A stretch of 64,000 nt of DNA from Psilocybe cubensis. Taxonomy: Eukaryota. The notes under the pieces are model-generated. The model was not told the origin of the DNA, searched no databases, and saw nothing but the letters and a program-made list of their open reading frames with translations. Shown one piece after another: positions 39,808 through 50,100 of this stretch. Position numbers and translations under genes: made by a program. The stretch lies in contig CM039001.1 in NCBI GenBank assembly GCA_017499595.2, positions 2,232,001-2,296,000 of the forward strand, in the 5' to 3' direction. The stretch's first letter is position 1. Each line of letters begins with the position of its first letter.

Positions 39808-41821
39808 TTAAGCTATATCGGCGGTCTGTTGTTTAGGTTCCTTGTGCATGTCGGCTACAACGCTCATGTTAGCTGTCTGTCTTGAACATCTCAGATGACT
39901 GAATGCCATTTACCACCCTGGAATTTACAGCGATTTTGCTTGAAAAAGTGACATTTCGTCGTCATTGGGCAGTAATGTCCATAGCAGCAGTCATCGCCCC
40001 ATAGACAGATGTCCCCTAGTATGGACTTGTCAACGCAGCTGCAGGCCAGAAGATATTTGTAGCCTTTACCTTTGTTCCTTGACGGACATGGCGACTTTTT
40101 AGCGTTGGTGCGAATCTCAGCATAGTGTTCAGGTTGGAGCAGATAGTCATGGCCGTATTTACAGTCGACACCATGCTTACAGGTGGACAAATAGAAAAGC
40201 GTGCACGGAGGTGGTTTGTCTAAAATCATATACCCGGTCAGATCCAACCCAATAGAAGAGAAGAAGAATCACGCACGCTTGGAGAGGAGCTATAACACGT
40301 AATATTAGATGGGAAAGAAAGATACTTTGGAAGCTTTAGCTCACGATATTAGGATTTATTCGTCGCGATCGAGAATTCGTGAGAGATATTTGCGGAATGT
40401 TGGGCGAGCCATGCTCACTCTCATCACTAGAACTTGAGTTGCCACTGGGATCCAATTCAGGAGTGGCTGCGCGTTTAGGGACTGTTTGAAGAGCAGATGA
40501 GTAACTAGGTGGCTGTGAAGATTGTTTGCGGGAGGAGTCTTCGGGCTCTATCGAGGCGAAAGGAAGTGCATCGAAGCATTGCCTGATGTTAGATAGGGAA
40601 GGCCTGTGACCTTTCGGCCGCTCTACAGGGGGGAGAACTACCGGGGTGGGTACCGTGGCAAGGGTAGGCACCGGGATCGAGTTAATGTGGGAGGGTGGTG
40701 CCGGCATCCCCAGCTTCTGCGAGATGAAAAGGTCTGGAATACTAAAGGAAGGGAGCTCAAGCTCGTTAATCCCTGCTGCCATGTCTGTATAACTTCGTAA
40801 AAGAATCAATTTATTCTTGAAACCAGAGGTTATGTGGGATCGAATGGTCGTAACGTATCCGTTATCATGGCATCCTGGAAATGTTTGTCTAGAAGGCGTG
40901 CCAAGAAAAATGAGAATGGTTAACCATGTACCTCCAAATATTATCTTTTCAGTTTGTGGAAATCTGATCTCGTCTTCTAATAATGCTAGAAATACAAGCT
41001 CAGCGAGCATACTCAACTGTATTGTGGCGTTTACCTTTGATTTTGGCATCAGCGGCTTCCTTCGCGCTTCCGACATCGAGCATGATGAAACGTTCCGCCG
41101 CTTGATTGAATCCCATGATAAAGTCATCGAACTTGTTCTTCGCTGCTGCAAGCCCTGCCCGACCGAAAGTATCAATCAGACCCCGTCTGTTGAAAAATAT
41201 ATAGACCCAAAGTTGATATCGATTGACGCCGTTGGTTGATGCGAGGTGTTGCATTATAGCGTCAGATAACTTCTGCGCAGCAATATGACCTCCAGACTGT
41301 CCTTGAGAAATGAGTTGGCTATTGAAGATGGCACCATCGCCGTCTAGGAGAGCGACGACTCGGTGACCCTGACAAGGGTTAATTGTTTATCGTCAAGAGC
41401 CATCGTTTGGGTCACCTTTAGCTGCTTTTCCAGATCGTCCGCTTTTTTCTCCAATTCTTCCGTCCTCTTTAAGGAATCCTGTAACTTTTGTTCGCTGTGG
41501 ACACGTTCCGTCTCATAACTGGACAAGGCTCGCTTATGAATATTCAAGTCGTTCTCCAATTGCTTGATGGTGACACGAGAAGAGGTCTCATTTTCTAGAA
41601 TTCTGATGATTTCACCTTAACACGTTAGACCGATGGTCAGCTAAAGTTCCAGTTAAACAAATGTAAATCACTTCGCAGTTGTTCCAGATAGATGCCACTA
41701 AGGTACACGACTATCATTTAGCTCAAATATAGATTCATGATGAAACAGGAACCTACACATTATTTTGGGCGAGGGGAGTATGTGATCCCGGCGCTTCTTT
41801 CTTATCGTTTTCGTAAATCAT
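39808..41821 (-). CDS. Coiled-coil + NYN/PIN-like (DUF7923-type) domain + CCCH zinc-finger protein, paralogue B
   Basis: LENDLNIHKRAL coiled coil, ALLDGDGAIFN..QGQSGGHIAA, LDVGSAKEAADAKIK, GCHDNGY, CTLFYLSTCKHGVDCKYGH; start exon tentative. Confidence 0.78.
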
Positions 41822-42476
41822 GATGATATGTGTCGACTATGCTGATGTTCACAAAAGAGATGCTCGAGCTGTGTTTAAAACACAATTTGGAACGGTAAAC
41901 CTGAATCCTTATATTCTGTTAGATTCAACGACCACACCTAAGCTGCATGTCTGATCTCGTTGTGTGCAAATGCGTCCTGGAGATCGAAAACTTGACAAAT
42001 ATAGAGGTGATATACACGTTGAAGCCACGTTCATTTAGACCCTTTCTTGAGTAATTTGTAACCGAACAGGCTAAACATGGTGCTCAGGGACCTTTGATAC
42101 TTCCGGGTGGCTTCTATGTCGACTCTGGGATACTGTGCGAAGGCAAGAAAAAGCAATCTAGCAACTGCAATTACAGGCCTCCTCGCGACATGTGCTGATC
42201 GGCTTTCAGAAAAATATCCAAAAAAGCTCGCGATGAAATGGATGGACCTCAATTTCCTGAGATAACGTGCTAACAGCAAGTAGTTTCATGCTTTGATGAG
42301 GGTTTTATAACGACTCGCCGCAGGCAGCGTGCGATATCAAGCTGTCTCTTGGTAACACATGCATCAGAGATTACTGAGTTCAATCAGTGGAGAGACTGGA
42401 GAGTGGTATAGCATGTGTGCTTGGTGCAGTCGCATGTGCACATAACGTTGAAACTTGAGATCAAGGAAGGCAAGTA

Positions 42477-42730
42477 CACAGGTGACCCTCGGTACGAACA
42501 ATATCTTGACCCGGATTTTGATCGGTGATGGTTAATATGATTTAAGAAATTCTCAAAAAACAAGGGGGCTAATCATATTGCCTTGACGTACCTTAAGGCA
42601 GGTCTAAATCATTATAACCAATTCTTGAGTGGCTTCAGCTCAAGTAGTTTGTTATTTTCCATGAATTAAGAATATTTTAAAATCTGTAGAGAATATTCTT
42701 ACGTAGATTTGCTTTGAGATTCGCTCAACA
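42477..42730. repeat. Left terminal/subterminal region with TTGAG...CTCAA motifs
   Basis: AAGAAATTCTCAAAA (about 42544), CTTGAG-N9-CTCAAG (42624-42644), TTGAG-N5-CTCAA (42714-42728). Confidence 0.6.
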
Positions 42731-43536
42731 TTAGTCAAATCTTATCGGATTCCATCGATTTTGAAGGATCAGAAGTTTTTTTACACATAAATATTCATTC
42801 AATGAGGTATCTACAACGTACACATACAAGGAGGCAATAATGATCAATCATACGCACCATGGTACTTCTACTTGCACCCAACAATCCTTCCTGCCCATCT
42901 CGACTGTTCTTCTCTACTCCGGAAAACTTGAGAAAGATTGAAAGACTTGGAGTAGCGACGATGTTCACCCAATGCGAGCAAAAAGTCTGTATCTTAAATC
43001 AGTATTGAAAAGCATAGGAGCATAGTATTGCGAATAGACTTACTGCCACTTAAACTTGTCCATCTGTTTCCAAAAGACCAGTTAGCCAAGATAAGACACA
43101 AACAATGAGGAGCAGCTTACAGCGATTACTGATTGAATCTACGCATGACCCTGTATCAGTTAGCGGAGCAGAATCATGGACAATATACATGAAAAAGCTC
43201 AAGCGACCATTGTGCCATTGAACATGGTTCCCACATACGGGAAATTGCATAACTAGGGGCAATCACAACAATCAGCTTGCATGCCAAATGCATGCCTGAA
43301 CAGATTCAGGAGCTGCAGAAACAAACAAAATGAAAAAACGGCATGGAACAGCAGTGGTGGATTGAGGAGAGAGCATTTCCCGGTTGCAAAATGCGCACAA
43401 AGGTTAAGCAAACAATTACAAACGATTAGCACTGCCACATTCACCATCCAAATGTCGGTTGTCCCATTCATAAGTTGCAAGCTTTTTGTTACATTAATTA
43501 CATGATTATATAGAAAGAGTAGAATGAATAAGAACT

Positions 43537-45159
43537 TTACACCCCACTACTACCGCTGCTGCAGTTACCTCTGACCTGATAATCCGGACCACGATTATTA
43601 TAAAGATATTGTTGTACTATAGAGGTTCGGGCCATAGAGCTATGTGTGTGTCGTGATGAAGACTGTTCCAGAAATGTACTGGATTGAGTTGGAAGTGAGG
43701 AGGACGTTGAATTCAGTGGTAAAGTTTGTGTTGTAAAGTCAGGGGATGAAGAACGATTGTGCACTGATCTTTGCGTAAACTCTGGAAATTGGTCGGATGT
43801 GGAACTGCTGTCGGTGATCTGCTGTCTGCTGCGTCCATTATTTTTATGCCATTCGTCATCGAGAGACCTTGATTCATCAATATATCTATAGGTAAAAAAA
43901 CATGAATTAGCACATTAAACACACACTCAAGCACAAAACTGTAAACATACTCTTTCCATGCATCCGTCGTAAAGCTCTGACCCCGCAGCTCAAAGCCCTT
44001 CTCAAACCAATCATCTGCTTGGGCCCAAAAGTCATCCCCGTTCGGAATACGACCCACCGTTTTTAGACCCTTTTGACGCTTATTACCCGTTACTGCGTGA
44101 GAGTCGTTGTCTTCGGTGTCATCTTGAAAGCTTTCTTCCTTGCCAAGAAGCTCTTTATTTTCGTATGCAAATCTTCTCTATTGTCGTTGTTTAGTGGACA
44201 TAGGAAATAGACAGTAAATTGATATCGTAATAGACTTACCAAAAGAACATTTCGTATCTGATATTCGACTTCTTGACTGCCTGACAGTGTCCCATGATGA
44301 TATTTGTCTGCACATGCTTGTGTAAACCTTTTGAGGCTGCAGCGTTTGCGACCAAACAAGCTGTCACGAATCTAAAGCAATATGTATTTTTAATATTTAG
44401 TACACATTATTGCTGAACATAAGACTCACATCTTGTCGGAATGCATTCCGAACGCTTGATGCCACCCGTTTTGCTTCTGACCTCCAGCGTAGCTCACGAG
44501 CGGGTTTGCCGAATATATTTTGCATCGAATACTTTGAGGCATCTTTGCTAACTTCAGCCTAGATAATAAAGGATAGAGTAAGTCCGAGTCCATACATGAA
44601 TGATTATGGAGATGTACACTCACCTCAACGTCAACATGGAGAAGCTTGAAGCATGTGCGCTTGGGCATGTATATATGCTGCTGCGATAAGTGTCGAAGGT
44701 CCTCCTAGAGAGAAAATGAACCGAAGTTCACCTTAAACTGAGACATGAAACGCACCTTCTGATTTTTTGTAATTTCCCATGTTTTCTGCAGGCGGATTTG
44801 TAGCTCTTTAAATGTTCCCTTTAGATCTAGTCCTCCCAGGCTACCATTGACTGATGCAAATGCGGTGAGAATCTTCTGTTCAACGGAAAATTGACACGCA
44901 AGTGCAAATATCCCAGTCAGAGCAGAAGCGCGATCTAACGGAATCTGTTGCTCAGCTCCAAGCTGAAGTAGTGCAATAACCAATCAGAGAACTTCAATAA
45001 CTCAAAAGAAATGTCTCTTACAGAGTATAAAAGGTGTAGATCATTGTGGCGTTCTGGTGTAAGCCCGAATTGAAGGCTGAGAGTATCAATAAATAGTTCA
45101 ACACTATCAGGTTGTACTGGATGCTCAAAGGGTGGGGAAGCGTTTGATCCGGCTGACAT
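43537..45159 (-). CDS. Transposon-borne second gene, hypothetical protein (copy 1), about 6 exons
   Basis: Exons join in frame: MSAGSNAS..DLHLLYS/LGAEQ..ITKNQK/EDLRHL..HVDVE/AEVSK..NAFRQD/IRDSL..RNVLL/RRFAYENK..GRIPNGDDFWAQADDW..AWKE/YIDES..SGV*. Confidence 0.75.
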
Positions 45160-45300
45160 TGGATGAGCTGAACTTGACAAAGCAGTGTTTTGAGCAGGAA
45201 GATGTTGAACAAAAGCGGGAATTGCACTCACTCTGCAGTTCTTGGTTTTATCCGTTCCGACCAAAGCTGTGCAACATTTTCTTGTTGATTTCAAATAAAC

Positions 45301-45335
45301 GGCGCGCGACGCGTCAGTAACGCGTCTGAGCGCGT
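45301..45335. promoter_or_regulatory. Cluster of ACGCGT (MCB-like) motifs upstream of the transposon second gene
   Basis: ACGCGT at 45309-14 and 45320-25, GCGCGT at 45330-35; about 150 bp upstream of the ATG at 45159. Confidence 0.45.
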
Positions 45336-45836
45336 TCGAACACATTTGAGCTCAGGGGAAGGGCCAAAATCAATATGTATAATGCGGAAGGGAGTGAACA
45401 ACAGAAAAGAGATTCGCCCCCCAAATTTCCCATGACCAAATCGGAGTTCAAACAATTGACATCATTGACAGACTCGGATGAGGATCTTAAGTTGTCAACA
45501 CCATCCCCAACTGCTAAAAAACCTGGAAGTTGTGCTGAAGAGGGCTTAGCAGTAACCTCTAGCTATGCACTTTTCTCAATACTGATATCACTTTTATGTA
45601 ATCCTTAATTAACATTGAATTACCTAGCTATCCTGCACTAAAACAATAGAATGTAATTGACTAATGACACAACGCGAAGGAACAAGACACAAGGCAATGG
45701 GGACGCGATGCCATTGCACAGATTGCTGGGGACGTTGTTGAAGTCCGGCTGCTGCACCCTAGGCTGTCAAGTGTGTTGAGTGTGTGTCAAATAGCGATGG
45801 CATTCAGGACCTCCGTGTGTCATTGTTGATATAAGG

Positions 45837-45967
45837 AGTGGCAGCCGCGGCGCATAGTCAGATAGTGGCAGGCGGGCAGATGGAGTAGTGGCAGCCGCGG
45901 CGCGTAGTCGATAAGTGGCAGCAGATGGAGTAGTGGCAGCCGCGGCGCGTAGTCGACAAGTGGCAGG
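45837..45967. repeat. Internal tandem repeat, about 45-50 bp x 2.8
   Basis: AGTGGCAGCCGCGGCGC(G/A)TAGTC...AGTGGCAG..CAGATGGAGT units starting 45837, 45887, 45932 (copy 2 at +9635). Confidence 0.85.
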
Positions 45968-46425
45968 TGCGTGCTGTTGTCTGTTTAGTAAAGAAACTGG
46001 TATGAAAAGTAAACAAGCGCACCTTACATATCTCCCCTTCCATGGATATTCATTGCAACCCCAGTTAGCAGCATTCTCGGTGAAGAGGCCGGTACGGGAT
46101 GGGACACAACCTGCAAGAGTGCCAGGTTTGCCAGACACGTTGTGAATGTGGCAGCATTCTCAGTAAGACCTGCGTGGGTCATTGGCCGGCAGCGCGTATG
46201 CAGAGAGTGGAGAGGGGTCGTTGGCCGGAGGTGTGTAGGCAGAGAGTGGAGATGCTTCAATCCGCGTCCTCTCTCTCTGCCCGCTGCCGAATCACTCGCC
46301 GTATCACCATTCTGTGCAGTAGTGAGTTGCAGCGCTCACGCATGGCCATGTCGAGTAGCGCTGCACAAGTCCCATCAGTATCAATGGTGACGGAGTGTGT
46401 TGCTGCTGGGCTTACCTTGACGAGC

Positions 46426-46748
46426 AGGACAATTAAACTTCTTGTCATCGTGGGCGGCCGAGTTTAGATGGCTGTTGAGTCCAGCCAGAGTGGTACATTT
46501 CTTCTCGCAAAGGAAACATGCGTACGCTTGTTCATTCCAGGACGCCTCCCAGGCGATGTAGCCCGTGACAGTCGACGGGCCAGCCTCAATGCGTTTGATC
46601 GAAATATTTGGGACGATACCCACCTTGTGAACTGCAGCTGTAACCTGGTGGCGCGTGACTCTGTGGCAGCCCGATTCGATGTGCAATGCAATCCCAGACG
46701 GGCTTTTAAACAGAAAGGACATTTAAAGTCGCGACCTTTATGTGCCAA
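46426..46748 (-). pseudogene. Captured, frameshifted C2H2 zinc-finger gene fragment (copy 1; copy 2 at 56061-56383)
   Basis: AHKGRDFKCPFC in one frame, then FKSPSGIALHIESGC...YACFLCEKKCTTLAGLNSHLNSAAHDDKKFNCP in another. Confidence 0.7.
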
Positions 46749-46777
46749 CGAATTCTGGTGCTATTGATCTCATAGAC

Positions 46778-46993
46778 AAAATCCGAAAAGTTGAATATGC
46801 GCTCAAGGGGCGCAACCTCGGATGGCTCAGGGGCGTGACCTTTTACAGAACCGTCAAACATTTGCCACGCAATTGCCAGTCGCTGTCGGTTGAGTGAACG
46901 CAGTATAAGCAAACGTACGCCGACGTAGTTTATCCCAAGATGGAGGCTGACAAGAATGAAGAGTAGGATGTGTGTCGATAAAGGCGACGACAC
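46778..46993 (-). pseudogene. Captured RUS1/DUF647-family gene fragment (copy 1; copy 2 at 56413-56628)
   Basis: LVSLHLGINYVGVR.L.LRSLNRQR....W..F......P.P.EVA..ERIF resembles, from recall, the conserved RUS1-family segment. Confidence 0.65.
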
Positions 46994-47141
46994 GCCGGAG
47001 GTGCATATGCAGAGAGGGGAGAGTGGGTCGCGGGGGGCCGGAGGTGCGTATGCAGAGAGTGGAGAGTGGGTTGCGGGGTGGCAAGCTGTGGTGAGAGAAA
47101 GAGAAGCAAAGCAACAGAATGGTAGCCCCAGTCACATGACT

Positions 47142-50100
47142 TTAACGACCATCTGGGTGTTGAGTTGGCGGCGGCAGATGGGGCATTGGAACCCACGACG
47201 ATGATGAATTGGGAACCCAATGCTGAGGGTATGGCATCGTATACCCTTGGTACTGCTGTGGTTGTCGATTGTAATGTGGATAAGCTGTATTAGAGGGTGC
47301 TGGTGGCCAAAAGAAGTAAGGATATGGCTGGGCCTGGGAAACCACTGGCGAGGGTGGTGGCAATGATGAAGCAGCAGTCTGTGCAGATGGAAGTGGCGAA
47401 AGGGGAGACACACTAGGAATACTAGCCTGTCGATCTTGGCCTATGTCACGATGTCGACTGTGGCCTTGCCCTTTAAGTTTATGAGCCGCTTTCTCCCTTC
47501 CTCGTGTGGCACGACCGCTGGTTGCTGCCGCCTTTCGTGTATCAATAGTACGGGAAACAGCTTCGTGTATTGTTTCCAATTTGTTAGGAATCGGTCGTGC
47601 AGGAACGCGAAATTGCTGCAGATGAATAGAATTGCGCATCTGCCCCATATTAAGAACACGGTGGTCAGGGTTGACTTTATGTTCAATGACTGGAGTTTTG
47701 ATGGTTGTTGCCTTGCGCTCTTGATACACATATCGAACACCACTCGCTGTGCAGTTATATTGTGCGCAGTCATGTGGCGCGTTGACAGTGCACAAGATAT
47801 TCTGTAGAAAGATGATTAGTACACAATGAAATAGTACAAGACCTTTGTATAAACTGCACATACCGAGAGAGGAAGGAATGACCAGGTATCTTCCAGAGGC
47901 ATCAGAGCAGGCATTTGAAGCTTGCTGTTAACCTGGTTTGTAGACACTGACTGCAACAGTAGGCCTTCGGGATATCCATTGGCACCATTGCTTGATCCCA
48001 GCTGCAGTACGATTTCCTTAACACAGGCAACAAAGGGTGCTCGAGGTGCGCCATTGGGCTGACGTGCCTGCACTATAACGTACTGTCCTGGTTCACAATT
48101 TTCGCCGTTTTCGAGTTGAACTTGCTTGCAGGTTTGAAATGAGTGGTTTCCGAGGGCAACATTGGGAAGGAGTGTGCCAGTAAGAGTTTGCGTAAGAGGC
48201 CTGGGAGGGGTTTTATCGACTATACATCGTCCTAATATTACATGGTCAGATTAACAGTATTCATATGCATAAATAGAACAACATACCCGATGAAAATAAC
48301 GGATCGGTGGCAGCCATTAGCCCAAGATAGCTGGGAATAATTGTATCAATGGCAATAATTCTGTTCGGGCCTGGACCAATGCTTCGCCAATCTCTGGCAG
48401 TAGTATGCTGGATGTCACGATGGCGATTCTGGAGAAAGAGCCCACCACTCAGTAAATGTCGGATACGATTGCCTTCGGCGAAAGCCATGGCGATGTCTCG
48501 CGATGGGGATTGGCGATTGCTATGAATACTTTTAGCTCGAATCACTGCATTGAATGATTCAAAAGATTCAGTAGCAAATATGATTGCAGGACCAAACCGT
48601 CGCACATGTTCTACCAAGTGCAACAAGACGTGAAACTTCTTTTTATTAAACCAAGCACACGTCCATTGAGCCGTACTAATCAAAAATGAATCCACTTCTT
48701 GTGCTAGAGTCTCCTAAATGTATGAACTGTTAGAATATTCTGGCAGATGTGAAAAAAGAAACTTACTCACAAGATATTTGTCCATATCGTCAATTTTGGG
48801 CTGATAGATAAGTGGAACAAGTCTTGAAAGCGACACCCAGGCGTCAAAGACATTGGTGGGAACAAGATCGTAAATGACATGAGGTGCCACTTGCGATATC
48901 GCTTGGAAATCCCGGCCAGTGAGAGAACCAGCATACTAGACCAAGGTCTTACCACCAAGGGGTGATATACCCAAGCCACGGACATCAAAGCTGTTGAGTC
49001 GCTGAATTAACAGCTTTTTGCCTTCATCGTTAAGCTGGTTTTGAACAAGGTCACGCCAAAAATACTTCACAAAACCCAGCAAAACAACATGAAGTATTTC
49101 AACTGGTGTGTCTTGATGTGGATCGATTTCTAAATACCAAACATTAGTGCTGAGAAGGAGACTATCAAAGAAACAAGTCCATACCGTCCAAATCCCAAAT
49201 TGGGCTTATAATATCATCCGGTAGATTTTGTATTGCTTCATCAAGCGCAGCTTGCTTTTCCATCGGCCCCTTTTTCTTTGCGTACGACGTGAGTAACTTC
49301 TCAAGAAAGAAATCCTGGTAAGTGTCCTTGATACCGGTCTTTGTTTTCTCGGTTTTGAGCTTGGTTTTGGAGCCAATACTGGATGCTAAATTGAGATAGG
49401 ACTGCAATATTTGTATAGTCTCTTGTTTGCATCGCAACCTGCCAGTCTAGCAAAGTTTTGTTAGTTGTAAATAGACCGTCAACTGAAAACAAGAAATCTT
49501 ACCTCTAAAAAAGCTGTAATACGTTTGACCATTGATTCCATGCTTTCTGGCTTGCGTTTTCGACTGACTGCTACATCATCTTGATGATCAGAAGTAGCTG
49601 GACTGTGTGGTATGCTCTCGCCTCCATTTTCTGAAGCAACAGGACTGTACAATGGTGACTGATTAGAATCTGGAACATTGGACAGGTCAGAAAGATCAAC
49701 ATTTGTTTCACTTCCGTCCTGGCCCTTTGCCCAGCATACCCGACAGAACAGCTTGCCGCACATACCTATATGGCAGGCAAACTCACTCTGCATTGGGTTA
49801 TCACCTAAGAAAGCAAATGCTGCTGGATACGCAAGCACCACTTCGTTATATACACAGTCCCAGGCCCATATACCTGTCTCTTGAGCTGACCTAAGAGGAT
49901 TTCAGCCATACTTCATACCCGCGCTGCGCAAAATATCAAAATGAGATGCTTACTTTATTTGGTTAACAACTCCTTCCAACATTTCGAGAGGCCGTGCAAC
50001 ATTTGAGGTACATATGAAGTGAATATTATATTCTTTGGCCAATTGGTCACGCGGCAACCCAGCTAAGGTAAATAAGTAGCTGTTATGTTCGTTCCACTGC

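Larger units (their letters stand above)
46176..47078. repeat. Two dimers of a 39-43-bp direct repeat (GCCGGAGGTGCGTATGCAGAGAGTGGAGAG core) at 46176-46252 and 46994-47078
   Basis: Read directly from the sequence; the dimers bracket the captured gene fragments. Confidence 0.8.

Noticed and set aside
42800-43500. Possible third transposon gene or further captured fragment
   Set aside because: Splice-like signals exist, but I could not assemble a convincing ORF or recognise a family; more likely 3' UTR
45837-47078. CRISPR-like repeat/spacer array
   Set aside because: Eukaryotic context; repeats are tandem and degenerate without regular unique spacers; no cas-like genes
48936-48952. GT..AG mini-intron (GTAAGACCTTGGTCTAG) that would remove the transposase stop
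   Set aside because: Only 17 nt, far below local intron size, and it would shift the frame
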